From: Candidatus Xenobia bacterium
GTDB lineage: Bacteria; Vulcanimicrobiota; Xenobia; Xenobiales; QWHO01
Length of the DNA stretch: 40,950 nucleotides
Direction of reading: 5' to 3'
Assembly: GCA_045863235.1 (NCBI GenBank)
Contig: BTUM01000071.1
Span: 1-40,950 of the forward strand
The notes under the pieces are model-generated. The model worked only from the letters and a program-made list of their open reading frames with translations. It had not been told where the DNA came from and did not search any database. Numbering within the stretch: the first letter of the stretch is position 1; every line of letters begins with the position of its first letter. The translations under genes were made by a program, and so were the position numbers. Positions 1-9,616 of the stretch are shown piece after piece.

Positions 1-134
1 GGCGGATCATGATCTGCTTCCGAGCCCGATCACGACGAACGTGCGTTCCGGGCTCCTGTCCGGGGGCGGATCATGATCCGCTTCCGAGCCCGATCACGAC
101 GAACGCGCGTTCCGGGCTCTGGTGACGGATCATG
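1..134. repeat. 64-bp-period tandem palindromic (REP-like) repeat, 2 near-complete copies plus a partial third; may extend left of the window
   Basis: Copies start at 1 and 65 (ggcggatcatgatcYgcttccgagcccgatcacgacgaacgYgcgttccgggctc, 2 mismatches); partial cggatcatg at 126-134. Perfect palindromes GCGGATCATGATCCGC (66-81) and GAACGCGCGTTC (101-112). Confidence 0.85.
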
Positions 135-191
135 GTCAGTTCGCGTTTTCCCGCCCACAGTTCAGTGAGCCAGGAAGCCCGTGAAAAGGAG

Positions 192-211
192 TTCGTGAAT
201 CTTTTCACGAA
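192..211. promoter_or_regulatory. Rex-like operator upstream of nuoI
   Basis: Perfect 8-4-8 inverted repeat TTCGTGAA-tctt-TTCACGAA, close to the Rex consensus TTGTGAA-N4-TTCACAA, 27 nt before the nuoI ATG. Confidence 0.65.
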
Positions 212-238
212 GTCGCCCTCCGCTAAGAAAGACGCGCT

Positions 239-808
239 ATGGACGAGATTCTCTCCGATCTGGTGGCTCTGGGCAAAGGCCTGAGCATCACCTTCAAAAA
301 CATGCTGCGCCCACCGGTGACGGTGGAGTATCCCGAGAAGAAACGCGTGTTACCCGCTCGCACGCGCGGGCGCCATGTGCTGCACCGCTATGAGGACGGC
401 CGTGAGCGTTGCGTCGGCTGCCTCTTGTGCCAGGGCACCTGTCCCGCCAGCGCCATCTACATCGAAGCCAGAGAGAACGACCCGGCCCGGCCCGTTTCGG
501 CGGGCGAGCGATACGCCGAGATCTTCCGCGTCGACCTGCTGCGCTGCATCTACTGCGGCCATTGCGAACTGGCTTGCCCCACCAACGCCATCACGCTCGA
601 GTCCAACACCGCTCTGGCCGGCTATACGCGCCAATCCCTGGTGATGGAGAAGGAGGAGCTGCTCGAGCCGATGGGAAGCGCCACCCTGGGCTCCACCCAG
701 GCCTGGGACCCACGTCCTCCCAGCGAAATGACCCGCTTTGACGGCTCCGAGACCTCAGCCGCTGCGGTCGGCAAGGGAAACCTGGTGCGCCGACTGCCTG
801 AGCGCTAG
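239..808 (+). CDS. nuoI: NADH-quinone oxidoreductase subunit I
   Basis: TVEYPE, RGRH, two CxxCxxCxxxCP ferredoxin motifs (CVGCLLCQGTCP, CIYCGHCELACP); first gene of the nuo block. Confidence 0.97.
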   Translation: MDEILSDLVALGKGLSITFKNMLRPPVTVEYPEKKRVLPARTRGRHVLHRYEDGRERCVGCLLCQGTCPASAIYIEARENDPARPVSAGERYAEIFRVDLLRCIYCGHCELACPTNAITLESNTALAGYTRQSLVMEKEELLEPMGSATLGSTQAWDPRPPSEMTRFDGSETSAAAVGKGNLVRRLPER

Positions 809-822
809 GAGAGAACGAGAAC

Positions 823-1314
823 TTGGACAACGCATTCCTCTTCTTTCTCGGTGCCCTCTCGCTCGCGTCCGCGCTGGGCGTGGTGGGCTCGACCCAGGCC
901 GTCTACTCGGCCCTCAGTCTCACCGTCAACCTGCTGGTCATGGCCGTCTTGTTCTTGTTCCTGGGGGCCGAGTTTCTCGGTCTGGCTCAGGTCTTGATTT
1001 ACGCCGGCGCGGTGATGGTGCTCTTTTTATTCGCGGTCACCTTGCTGGCTCCGCGCGAGGAGGCTCTGTTCAAGCTCACGGGCCACCCCCAGCGCCTGCT
1101 CGGGATCTTCGTGGGCCTGGTCCTGGCGATCACGCTGGGGGCGCTGATGGTCGCCTTCCCCCGCACCCCGGCATCCGGCCCGGATGGCACCATCCAGGGC
1201 TTCGGCAAACTGGTCTCCGGGCTCTACGTGCTGCCCTTCGAAGCCACCGCCTTCGTGTTGTTGGTGGCCCTGATGGGCGCCGTGGTGCTGGGCAAGAAGG
1301 AGCTCAATGGCTGA
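823..1314 (+). CDS. nuoJ: NADH-quinone oxidoreductase subunit J
   Basis: [22 protein letters not shown] and YVLPFE motifs; TTG start after AGGAG. Confidence 0.95.
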   Translation: MDNAFLFFLGALSLASALGVVGSTQAVYSALSLTVNLLVMAVLFLFLGAEFLGLAQVLIYAGAVMVLFLFAVTLLAPREEALFKLTGHPQRLLGIFVGLVLAITLGALMVAFPRTPASGPDGTIQGFGKLVSGLYVLPFEATAFVLLVALMGAVVLGKKELNG

Positions 1315-1639
1315 GCAGCCCACCTTTTTCCTGATCTTGAGCGCCCTGCTGTTCGGCCTGGGGGCCACCGGCGTGGCCGTGCGCCGCAACCCGCTGGTGA
1401 TGTTCATGTGCATCGAGATGATGCTGAACGCTGCCAACCTGGCCATGCTCACGTTCGCTCGCTACCCGGTCGTCATGCCTCCGGGCGGGATGGGCGGCCC
1501 GAGCGACGGGCCGGTCTTCGTCTTCGTGGTCATGTTCGTGGCCGCGGCTGAGGCCGTGGTCGGCCTGGCCATCATCATCACCATTTTTCGCAGTCGCCAG
1601 AACGTCGATGTGGACGATCTGAGCGCCTTGAGGGGCTGA
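1307..1639 (+). CDS. nuoK: NADH-quinone oxidoreductase subunit K
   Basis: [20 protein letters not shown] and [12 protein letters not shown] motifs. Confidence 0.97.
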   Translation: MAEQPTFFLILSALLFGLGATGVAVRRNPLVMFMCIEMMLNAANLAMLTFARYPVVMPPGGMGGPSDGPVFVFVVMFVAAAEAVVGLAIIITIFRSRQNVDVDDLSALRG

Positions 1640-1643
1640 GCCG

Positions 1644-3458
1644 ATGTTCTGGGCCGCCCTGTTCCTGCCGCTGCTCGGTGGGCTCTTCATCCTCTCCTAC
1701 GGCCAGCGCCTGGGACGAAAGCTCTCCGTTTCCCTGGCCTGCGGCACGGTGGGAGCGGCCTTCGTTTCGGCCCTGCTGACCTTCTTCTTCCCCCCGTCCG
1801 AGCGCGATCAGGTGCTGTTTCGCTGGCTTGACCTGGGCGTGGCCCGGGTGGACTTCGGGGCCTGGATTGACCCGCTCTCGGTCACCATGCTCTTGACCGT
1901 GACTGGCGTGGCCTACCTGATCCATCTCTACTCGGCTGGCTACATGGCCGAGGAGCCCGATTTCGACCGCTTCTTTGGCTACCTGAACCTGTTCGTGGCG
2001 GCCATGGTGATGCTGGTCCTGGCCAACAACTTCGCCCTGCTGCTGCTCGGCTGGGCGGGCGTGGGCTTCGCCTCCTGCATGCTGATCGGCTTCTACGCCC
2101 ACAAGCAGTCGGCCCTCATTGCCGCTCGCAAGGCTTTTGTGATCAACACCTTCGGCGACCTGGGCCTGATGCTGGCCGTCTTCGTGCTGGCCGGTCAAGG
2201 CTCGGTGGCCTTCCGCGACGTCCTGCAGAGGCCCTCCGACGAACTGGCCATGGTGGTCGTGGTCGGCCTGCTGGTGGCGGCCTATGCCAAGTCCGCTCAG
2301 TTCCCGCTCCACACCTGGCTGCCCGACGCGATGGAGGGCCCCACACCGGTCTCGGCCCTGATCCACGCCGCCACCATGGTGACTGCAGGCGTGTATCTGC
2401 TGGCCCGTTGCGAGCCGCTGCTGCGCCTGGTACCCGAGATGGGCTCGCTGATCGCCGCCATGGGTCTTCTGTCGGCGGCCCTGGCGGCCAGCTGCGCGCT
2501 GGCCCAGACCGATCTCAAGCGGGTGCTGGCTTACTCGACCATGTCCCAATTGGGCTACATGTTCATGGCCTGCGGAGTAGGCGCTTACGGGGCGGCCATC
2601 TTCCACCTGGTCACCCACGCATTCTTCAAAGCTCTCTTGTTTCTCAGCGCCGGCACCATGATTCACGCGCTGCACGGGGAGCAGAACATGTTCAAAATGG
2701 GGGGTCTGGCCAAACGATCCGAGCTGGCCGGTGCCCGCTGGGGTTTCTTGATCGGAGGTCTGGCCCTGGCCGGCCTGCCTCCCCTGGCGGGCTACTTCAG
2801 CAAAGAAGAGATCTTGACAGCCATCGAGCAGAACGCCATGACGGAGAGCCTCTTTTGGGGGGCACTCTTGACCGCCGCCCTGACGGCCTTCTACGTGGGT
2901 CGGGCTTACATTCTGGTGTTCTGGGGCCAGGCCGAGCACGGCCAGTTGCACCGACCGACAGCTCTGATGAGCCTGGCCTGCTGGGTGCTGGCTCTGCTGA
3001 CCGCCGGGGCCGGGCTGGTGCTGGGATTCCCCGGCTCCCCGGCTCTGGAGGCCTACCTGGGAACCGCACCCATTCCCACCCACCTCGGAAGCGGTTTGCT
3101 GATCTCCTTTGGGACCGCCATTCCGGGCATGCTCCTGGCCTATTTCATGTTCGCCCGCACCCGTCCGCAGGGCCCCTCCAGCGCGGTTGTGTTCCGGCTG
3201 GCCGAGAAGGGCTGGGGCCTGGATGAGGTCCAGCGCCTGGCCGTTATCGCACCCATGCAGATGATGGGCCGGCTCCTGGGCGGCAGGCTGGAAGACGTTG
3301 CCTCCCACCGACTCCCCGAGCAGGTGGGCCAGACCGCGGTTCGATCCGGCCAGGAGCTGGGCTTGAGCCAGTCGGGCCTGCTGCGCACCTATGCTCTCGT
3401 GCTGCTCACCGCGCTGCTCGGCGTGATGACCTACCTGCTCTGGCAGGTGCGCGCATGA
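1644..3458 (+). CDS. nuoL: NADH-quinone oxidoreductase subunit L
   Basis: KSAQFPLHTWLPDAMEGPTPVSALIHAATMVTAGVY, LAYSTMSQLGYM, HLVTHAFFKALLFL. Confidence 0.97.
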   Translation: MFWAALFLPLLGGLFILSYGQRLGRKLSVSLACGTVGAAFVSALLTFFFPPSERDQVLFRWLDLGVARVDFGAWIDPLSVTMLLTVTGVAYLIHLYSAGYMAEEPDFDRFFGYLNLFVAAMVMLVLANNFALLLLGWAGVGFASCMLIGFYAHKQSALIAARKAFVINTFGDLGLMLAVFVLAGQGSVAFRDVLQRPSDELAMVVVVGLLVAAYAKSAQFPLHTWLPDAMEGPTPVSALIHAATMVTAGVYLLARCEPLLRLVPEMGSLIAAMGLLSAALAASCALAQTDLKRVLAYSTMSQLGYMFMACGVGAYGAAIFHLVTHAFFKALLFLSAGTMIHALHGEQNMFKMGGLAKRSELAGARWGFLIGGLALAGLPPLAGYFSKEEILTAIEQNAMTESLFWGALLTAALTAFYVGRAYILVFWGQAEHGQLHRPTALMSLACWVLALLTAGAGLVLGFPGSPALEAYLGTAPIPTHLGSGLLISFGTAIPGMLLAYFMFARTRPQGPSSAVVFRLAEKGWGLDEVQRLAVIAPMQMMGRLLGGRLEDVASHRLPEQVGQTAVRSGQELGLSQSGLLRTYALVLLTALLGVMTYLLWQVRA

Positions 3459-4855
3459 CCTTGAGCTTTATCCTGGCCTTCCCCCTGGCAGCTGCCCTGG
3501 CGGTGTTGCTGCTTCCGGCTGCTTCGGCCCGTCGGGTGGCAATTTCGGTTGCCCTGCTGGATATGTTCCTGGTGGCGGTGGGCTGGCAGAGCCAGGCCCC
3601 GGACGAGACCTATCGTTGGATTCCGGCTCTGGGCATCAGCTGGAGCCTCTCCCTGGACGGCCTCTCGGCCCTCATGGCCGGGCTGACCGCCCTGCTGACG
3701 GCCGTGGCGCTGGGGGCCTCCGGTCCCCGGACCGAGCGTCTCTCCGAGTTCTGCGGCTGGCTGCTCCTCTTGCTGGCCTTCTTGCAGGGAGTCTTTCTGG
3801 CCGCCAACCTGGGCCTGTTCTACCTGTTTTGGGAGCTGATGATCCTGCCGGCGTTCCTGCTGGTGGGCCGCTGGGGCGGTCCGGGCGGGCGCAGCGCCGC
3901 TTTCAAGTTCTTGCTCTACACCCTGCTGGGCAGCCTGGCCATGCTGCTGGCTCTGGTGCTGCTTGCGTTTACCTCGAGCGAGCCCGACCTGAGCTATGCC
4001 GCCCTGGCCGCACGCACCTTCCCGCCCGCCCTGGGAGTGAGCCTGCTGACACTCTTCGTGCTGGGTTTTGCCGTCAAGATCCCGCTGGTGCCCCTGCACG
4101 GCTGGCAGGTCGACGCTTATGAGGCGGCTCCCGCCCCGGTGGCGGTGGTGCTCGCGGGAGCCATGTCCAAAGCTGGCCTTTATGGTTTGTGGCGCGTGAG
4201 CCACACCTTCTTCCCAGAGGCTCTGGCCGAGCTTTTGCCGGTGCTGGGCACCCTGGCCTTGCTGAGCCTCTTGTACGGAACCATCTGCGCTCTGGGGCAG
4301 ACCCGCACCCGCCGGGTTCTGGCCTACTCGAGCCTGGCCCACACCGGTATGATGACGCTGGGGATCGTCTCTGTGCAGGGCATGGCCCTGCAGGGAGCCG
4401 GGCTGCAGATGCTGGCCCACGGCCTGACCACGGGCGGGCTGTTCATCTTGCTCGGCTGCCTGGAGGATCGAGCCCTGCCTCGCGACATGGACCAGTTGGG
4501 CGGGCTGGCCCGGCCCATGCCGATCTTCGGGTTGGCTCTATTGGTCTTCTCGATGGCCGCGCTGGGGCTGCCCGCGCTGTGCTCGTTCCCGGGCGAGCTG
4601 ATGATCCTGACGGGCCTCTTTCAAGTCAATCCTGGCTGGGCTTTGCTGGCCTGTCTGAGCCTGGTGGGAGCAGCCTGGTACCTGCTTCGATTTTACCAGC
4701 GCATCGCCAATGGCGAGAAGGCCAGCCTTTCCACTGTGTCCGATCTCAACTGGCGCGAGCAGGCCTGCCTGGTGCCGCTGCTGGTGCTGGTGGTCTGGAT
4801 GGGCCTCAAGCCCTCCGACTGGCAGACTCTGCTGAACGTCTGGGGGGGGCAATGA
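3455..4855 (+). CDS. nuoM: NADH-quinone oxidoreductase subunit M
   Basis: FYLFWELM, KFLLYTLLGS, FAVKIPLVPLHGW, LAYSSLAH; ATGA overlap with nuoL. Confidence 0.95.
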   Translation: MTLSFILAFPLAAALAVLLLPAASARRVAISVALLDMFLVAVGWQSQAPDETYRWIPALGISWSLSLDGLSALMAGLTALLTAVALGASGPRTERLSEFCGWLLLLLAFLQGVFLAANLGLFYLFWELMILPAFLLVGRWGGPGGRSAAFKFLLYTLLGSLAMLLALVLLAFTSSEPDLSYAALAARTFPPALGVSLLTLFVLGFAVKIPLVPLHGWQVDAYEAAPAPVAVVLAGAMSKAGLYGLWRVSHTFFPEALAELLPVLGTLALLSLLYGTICALGQTRTRRVLAYSSLAHTGMMTLGIVSVQGMALQGAGLQMLAHGLTTGGLFILLGCLEDRALPRDMDQLGGLARPMPIFGLALLVFSMAALGLPALCSFPGELMILTGLFQVNPGWALLACLSLVGAAWYLLRFYQRIANGEKASLSTVSDLNWREQACLVPLLVLVVWMGLKPSDWQTLLNVWGGQ

Positions 4856-6345
4856 ATCCCAACTGGATGGCCATGCTGCCGGCCCTGACCCTGGCTGGCA
4901 CGGTGCTCCTCTTGATGCTGGTGGACACCCTGCTGAGCAAAGCCCGGGGGATCTTCCCGGCGCTGACCGCTCTGGGCGCGCTGGCCACCATGGCCGCCTG
5001 CCTGCTGCCCACCGGCTCGGCCGGAGTGGCCTTCAACGGCATGCTGGCCGACGACGGCGTGACCCGCTCGTTCGTGCTGGTCATCGCGCTGGCCCTGTTC
5101 CTGGTGAGCCTGGTGGGCGAGGTCGACCTGGATGCCCACGGGGTCGTCCACCGGGGCGAGTACTACGGCCTGCTGACCTCTTCGGCCCTGGGCATGGTGC
5201 TGATGGTAGCCTCCACCAACCTGATCATGACCTTCCTGGGTTTGGAGCTCTTCTCGCTGGCCCTGTACCTCCTCTGCGTCTTCTTCCCCCGGGAGAATGC
5301 CTGCCAGGAGGCCGGCCTGAAGTACTTCATCCTCAGCTCCCTGGCGTCCGCGGTCATGCTCTACGGAATGGCCCTTCTGTATGGCTCATGCGGCTCCACC
5401 TCGTACACGGCGGTGGTCAGCCTGGACCCCGAGGGACCTTTGAGGATGCTCAGTTTCGTGGGTCTGGCGCTGCTGTTTTGCGGGCTGGCTTTCAAGCTTT
5501 CGGCCGTGCCCTTCCACATGTGGACCCCGGACGTCTATCAGGGCGCCCCCACCAGCGTGGCCGCCTTCATGTCGGTGGCCACCAAGGCGGCCGCTCTGGG
5601 TGCGCTGTGGCGCTTCACGCCGGTCATGCAGATGCCCAAATTCGATCTCGAGTCCATCCAGATGGATGCGCCGCTGCCCTTCGTGGAGGGCTGGCAACTG
5701 CTCATGGCGCTCTCGATCCTGAGCATCCTGGCTGGCAACATGCTGGCTTTGCCCCAGGTCAACCTCAAGCGCATGCTGGCCTACTCCAGCATCGCCCAGG
5801 CCGGCTACCTGCTGATCGGCGTGCTGTCAGCCAGCCCGCGCTCGGTTGCCGCCATCGTGTTCTACCTGGTGGTCTACGCCTTCATGAACGTGGGCGCCTT
5901 CGCCATCGTCTTGTTCCTGGAGAGCCGCCTGCAGCGACCCGTGGTGCTCGACGACCTGAACGGCCTGGCCCGTTGGGAGCCAGGTCTGGCGGCAATTCTG
6001 TCGCTCTGCTTGTTGTCCCTGGCGGGGCTGCCTCCGGCAGGGGGGCTCCTGGCCAAGTTCTTCCTCTTCGGCGCCGGTCTCAAGGGCGCCGGAGTGGCCG
6101 TGGCCATGGGCGTGGTGGGCTCGCTGCTGGGAGCCTACTATTACCTCAACCCGATCGGGCGGATGTACATGCGTGAAGGGGACGATCCGCGCCTGCCAGG
6201 CACCACCTGGGCCTTCAATCTGGCCCTGGTCATGGTGGTGCTGGGCCTTTTGACCTGCGGGCTCTACCCTCAGCCGGTGCTGGATTGGGCCGCCTCCGCC
6301 GCCCAGGCTCTCGAGCAGGCAGCCGGGCCTGCCGTCACTCGCTGA
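4852..6345 (+). CDS. nuoN: NADH-quinone oxidoreductase subunit N (start corrected to MNPNW)
   Basis: EAGLKYFILSS, FKLSAVPFHMWTPDVYQGAP, KRMLAYSSIAQAGY; ATGA overlap with the nuoM stop at 4852-4855. Confidence 0.95.
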   Translation: MNPNWMAMLPALTLAGTVLLLMLVDTLLSKARGIFPALTALGALATMAACLLPTGSAGVAFNGMLADDGVTRSFVLVIALALFLVSLVGEVDLDAHGVVHRGEYYGLLTSSALGMVLMVASTNLIMTFLGLELFSLALYLLCVFFPRENACQEAGLKYFILSSLASAVMLYGMALLYGSCGSTSYTAVVSLDPEGPLRMLSFVGLALLFCGLAFKLSAVPFHMWTPDVYQGAPTSVAAFMSVATKAAALGALWRFTPVMQMPKFDLESIQMDAPLPFVEGWQLLMALSILSILAGNMLALPQVNLKRMLAYSSIAQAGYLLIGVLSASPRSVAAIVFYLVVYAFMNVGAFAIVLFLESRLQRPVVLDDLNGLARWEPGLAAILSLCLLSLAGLPPAGGLLAKFFLFGAGLKGAGVAVAMGVVGSLLGAYYYLNPIGRMYMREGDDPRLPGTTWAFNLALVMVVLGLLTCGLYPQPVLDWAASAAQALEQAAGPAVTR

Positions 6346-6655
6346 CCATCCCCCCGAGCACCCGCGCGCGGAACGCTCGCTCCCGTGGTACAGAACGTCT
6401 TCGATGCTGAGGATGGGTGGTGATCACCCCCAGTCTTGACGTCAGCCAGGTCCTGCGTGTGGCCCCGTTCGAGCCTGGACATCCATGACTCCACTCCGCT
6501 CAGTCGCAAGCTCAGGCAAGAAGTCTGCCTTCAGGATCGCGCGCACGCAGCAAAGCATCGTCTTCGGACTCGAAGTGCGAGAAGACGTCGATGGTGGAAC
6601 ACGCCATCCCTTCAAGACAGCCGTTGCTCCTTTTTCCTGGCCCCGCTGAAAATGA

Positions 6656-6689
6656 AAGGAGCCCCGGGTCGCAAGACCCGGGGCTCCTT
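6656..6689 (-). terminator. Rho-independent terminator of the 6708-8417 gene
   Basis: Perfect 15-bp stem aaggagccccgggtc / gacccggggctcctt with a 4-nt loop, followed by TCATTTT on the minus strand, 18 nt after the stop. Confidence 0.85.
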
Positions 6690-6707
6690 CGGACCGGACC
6701 GAGCGCT

Positions 6708-8417
6708 TTACTTGCGCGTGGTCAGGCTCACCATGTAGAAGCCGTCAGCGCGCAGCGCGCCGGCCTGCCAGGTGCCCTGGTAGTCGCCGGCCAGCTGCAG
6801 CAGCTTGGCCATTCCCGGGTCCGACTTGGCCAGCTCGTTGCCGGCTTCGCCGTACACCTTCTTGATGTCCATGTACTGGAAGTAGACCGGCTTGTCCGCA
6901 CCGAGCATGCCCATGATGCGGCCGAAACCGGGCAGGCTCTTGATGTTCTTGCCGCTCTTCTTGGCGTCGATCATCTTCTTCATGGCTTCGCTGGCCTCGT
7001 TGATGCCGAGCAGCATGAAGTCGTCGGTCATGGCGTAGTAGAACTGACCTTCCACGTTGTAGATGGTCACGCCGTTGTGCTCTTCCTTCTTGAAGGTCGC
7101 GCGCACCGGCTCGGGGATGTTCTTGTTGATCAGACCTTCGATCTCAGCCTTATTGGCCAGGCCGAGGGCCATGACCACCGGCATCTCCTGGAGCATCTCC
7201 ATCTGGTCGGCCGGGTCCGGCTGCTCGCCCTGAGAAACCTGCTCGAGCGACTGCGAGAAGACCTTACCGTAGCCGTCCACCGAATAAGCAAGCTCGCCGG
7301 TGAGCGGGTCGAGGATGTTCTTCTGCAGGTCGATGCCACCCATCGACAGCTGTTGGGCGGGCATGTCGCGCATCTGGGCGGTCTCGGGGAACTCGCCCAT
7401 GCAGTCGTAAATCATTTGCCACAACATCTTCAGGTTGAGCGAGCCGTACATCTCGGCCTCGGCCGGGTAGAGCTCGGCGCTCTTGATGTCGATGCCAAAG
7501 CTGGGCTTGAAGATCAGCGAGGCCAGCTTGCCGGAGGCAGCCGGATCGATGCTGACCATGACCTCGCTGACGAGGTCCTTGCCGTCAGTGCCGGCACCGG
7601 CGGCCAGGTAGCGGATGCCCTCCACCAGCTTCTTCAGCTCGGCGGCCTCGGGCGGAATCTCCTTGAGGGCCGCTTCAGCGCCTTTGATCATGCCCTGCAG
7701 GTCGCCATACATCACCAGGACGTCCTGGTGCTTGATCTTGCCCATGGCGGCTTTGTAGTTGGGGGCCTCGGCCAGACTGGCCTTGGGGCCATCCAGGGCG
7801 GCCTTCACGTCGGTGTCCTTGATGCCGACGATCAGCATTCCGGGGGCCAGAGCGATGGTGGGTCCATCATCGACGCCCTTCTCTGGGATCCAGAGCTTGG
7901 CGCCCTTGTGGTCTTCGTTCTTAAACTTGATCTTGGCCTTGCCCATGAGCTTCTCGAGGCTCTCTTTGGCCTTGGCATCGTCGCGCACGCCGATGAGCAG
8001 GAAGCCCGTGAAGGGAGGCACTTTGGCGTTCTCGATGTCGGTAAAGATGCTCGGCTTGCCCTCGAGCGGGGCGAGCGCCAGCGCCATCGAGGGCTTGGCC
8101 CAGGAGAGAATCTCCTCTTCCAGGTTGAGCCCTTCCGACTTCAGCTCGTCGCTCATGTTCTTGAATACTTGCGTCTGCTTGAAAGCGTCGAGCAGCTCTT
8201 TTTGTTTGGCCTCGTCATAGACGGGCGCGAAATCCATCGCTACGAAAATCTGGGACGTAGCGGGAGCCATTTTGAGGCCGCTCTCCATGATCCCACCGGG
8301 CTTCTTGCCGCCCGGCTTCATCAGCATGTATACCACGGCCGCGATCACCACGAGGGCGATGATGGCGATAATGGCCATCATCGCGTTGCCGCGGCGTCGT
8401 GTCGGCATTGCAGTCAT
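6708..8417 (-). CDS. Membrane-anchored exported protein, DUF3352-like
   Basis: N-terminal hydrophobic helix; patterns EEEILSWAKP and IDLQKNILDPLTGELAY recall DUF3352; AAGGAGG RBS; strong codon bias. Confidence 0.6.
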   Translation of the reverse strand: MTAMPTRRRGNAMMAIIAIIALVVIAAVVYMLMKPGGKKPGGIMESGLKMAPATSQIFVAMDFAPVYDEAKQKELLDAFKQTQVFKNMSDELKSEGLNLEEEILSWAKPSMALALAPLEGKPSIFTDIENAKVPPFTGFLLIGVRDDAKAKESLEKLMGKAKIKFKNEDHKGAKLWIPEKGVDDGPTIALAPGMLIVGIKDTDVKAALDGPKASLAEAPNYKAAMGKIKHQDVLVMYGDLQGMIKGAEAALKEIPPEAAELKKLVEGIRYLAAGAGTDGKDLVSEVMVSIDPAASGKLASLIFKPSFGIDIKSAELYPAEAEMYGSLNLKMLWQMIYDCMGEFPETAQMRDMPAQQLSMGGIDLQKNILDPLTGELAYSVDGYGKVFSQSLEQVSQGEQPDPADQMEMLQEMPVVMALGLANKAEIEGLINKNIPEPVRATFKKEEHNGVTIYNVEGQFYYAMTDDFMLLGINEASEAMKKMIDAKKSGKNIKSLPGFGRIMGMLGADKPVYFQYMDIKKVYGEAGNELAKSDPGMAKLLQLAGDYQGTWQAGALRADGFYMVSLTTRK

Positions 8418-8658
8418 GTCAATGCCCTCCTTAGCTGTTTGTTCTTACGTTTCATCCACCGCGGCCCCCGGCCGTTTTGGATCACCGGCAATTCTCTGAC
8501 CCCGGCGAAACCCCTGCGCCAGGGAGAAAATTTTTCCCCGGGCAGCGGCCAGAAGGCTGGCAATCGCGCGGTAGGGGAACTGACAGCGCTCGCGAAAGCT
8601 CTCAAAGGCGGCGCGCAAACCCTGCAGACAAAATGGCGGGCCGTCTGAGAGAAGAGGC

Positions 8659-9540
8659 ATGGCAAGATTTTGTCCTCATTGCGGCGGTGAGGTGCGCGAG
8701 TCCGCAAAGTTCTGCGGAGGGTGCGGCAACCAGATGCGCCAGCGCAAAGCGATCAGTCCTCACGGCGGACCTCGCCCCGATCCCCGTGCCGATTTCGTTG
8801 CTCCGGTCTCGCCGGTGGCCCCGGAGACGACCGCGCCTCCCCCTCAGTACTGGGAGTCCTACGACTATCCCAGCCCCAGGCCGGAAAGCACTCCCCGCTA
8901 CGAGGGCTGGAACGACGGCTATCGCCCTACCGACGCCTCGCGTCCCCTGCCGCCTCTCTTCATGGGAGAAGGACCTTCTTCCGAGTCGTCCTCCTCTCCG
9001 GTGGGCTCGCTCTCCTTGACCGAGCGCGAGTCGTCTCGCGAGCGGGCCCGTGAGATCGCCCGCAACTTCTCGCTCTGGGCTGCCGGTATCGTGCTCTTTC
9101 CCATCCCATTCGCCGATCTGGTGCTGCTGATGCCGGTCCAGACGGCCATGGTCATCTCCATCGGCAAGGCCTACGGGGTCAAGGATCCCCCCGAGAAGAT
9201 GCTGGCTCACATCGCCGCTGCCTGCGGCGCCAGCGTATTCGGTCAGATCACCACCATGTTCGTGTCCAGCTTCATTCCCATCATCGGCAAGATCGTCACC
9301 GCTCCGTTCGTTTACGGCTGGACCTACGGCCTGGGCGAGGTGGCCATGCGCTACTTCGAGACTCAGGGCGAGGTCAACAAGGACGAGATGAAGCAGATCT
9401 TCAAGCAGGCCAGCAAGCAGGCCACCCGCGCCTTCAAGCCGGCCGATGTCAGCCAGGCCCGCCAGAACTTCGACCATCTGCGCGACCACCTGTCCGAGGA
9501 AGATTACCGCAAGCTGCGCGAGCGCTTCGGGAACACTTGA
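8659..9540 (+). CDS. Double zinc-ribbon plus DUF697/YcjF-like domain protein
   Basis: N-terminal FCPHCG...KFCGGCG, Pro/Ser linker, then PIPFADLVLLMPVQTAMVISIGKAYG and FIPIIG...TYGLG typical of DUF697. Confidence 0.75.
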   Translation: MARFCPHCGGEVRESAKFCGGCGNQMRQRKAISPHGGPRPDPRADFVAPVSPVAPETTAPPPQYWESYDYPSPRPESTPRYEGWNDGYRPTDASRPLPPLFMGEGPSSESSSSPVGSLSLTERESSRERAREIARNFSLWAAGIVLFPIPFADLVLLMPVQTAMVISIGKAYGVKDPPEKMLAHIAAACGASVFGQITTMFVSSFIPIIGKIVTAPFVYGWTYGLGEVAMRYFETQGEVNKDEMKQIFKQASKQATRAFKPADVSQARQNFDHLRDHLSEEDYRKLRERFGNT

Positions 9541-9564
9541 TCCCTGGACATCATGCGGTAGAAT
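9537..9564 (+). promoter_or_regulatory. Putative sigma70 promoter
   Basis: TTGATC-N16-TAGAAT, upstream of the GAGGAGG RBS (9603-9609) and ATG 9617. Confidence 0.45.
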
Positions 9565-9616
9565 AGGGATACTGGGGAGTCTATCTTTCCCCAGGACCAC
9601 ACGAGGAGGATGCTTC

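Noticed and set aside
1..134. Possible CRISPR array
   Set aside because: The units are almost wholly repeated (~55 of 64 bp) with no unique 30-40 bp spacers, and there are no cas genes in the window.
4842..4849. G8 tract as a phase-variation switch
   Set aside because: It lies at the end of housekeeping nuoM, the frame and ATGA coupling are intact, and it doubles as the nuoN SD region.
4189..4851. 718-aa ORF as an N-terminally extended NuoN
   Set aside because: The extension overlaps nuoM out of frame; the real start is the ATGA-coupled ATG at 4852.
6591..8648. 685-aa + strand ORF, and similar long ORFs at 1578-3308, 14318-15583, 20126-21589, 23797-26400, 26528-28075, 33528-35783, 35817-37844
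   Set aside because: Antisense shadows of real genes, expected from high GC3 codon bias; no recognisable motifs.
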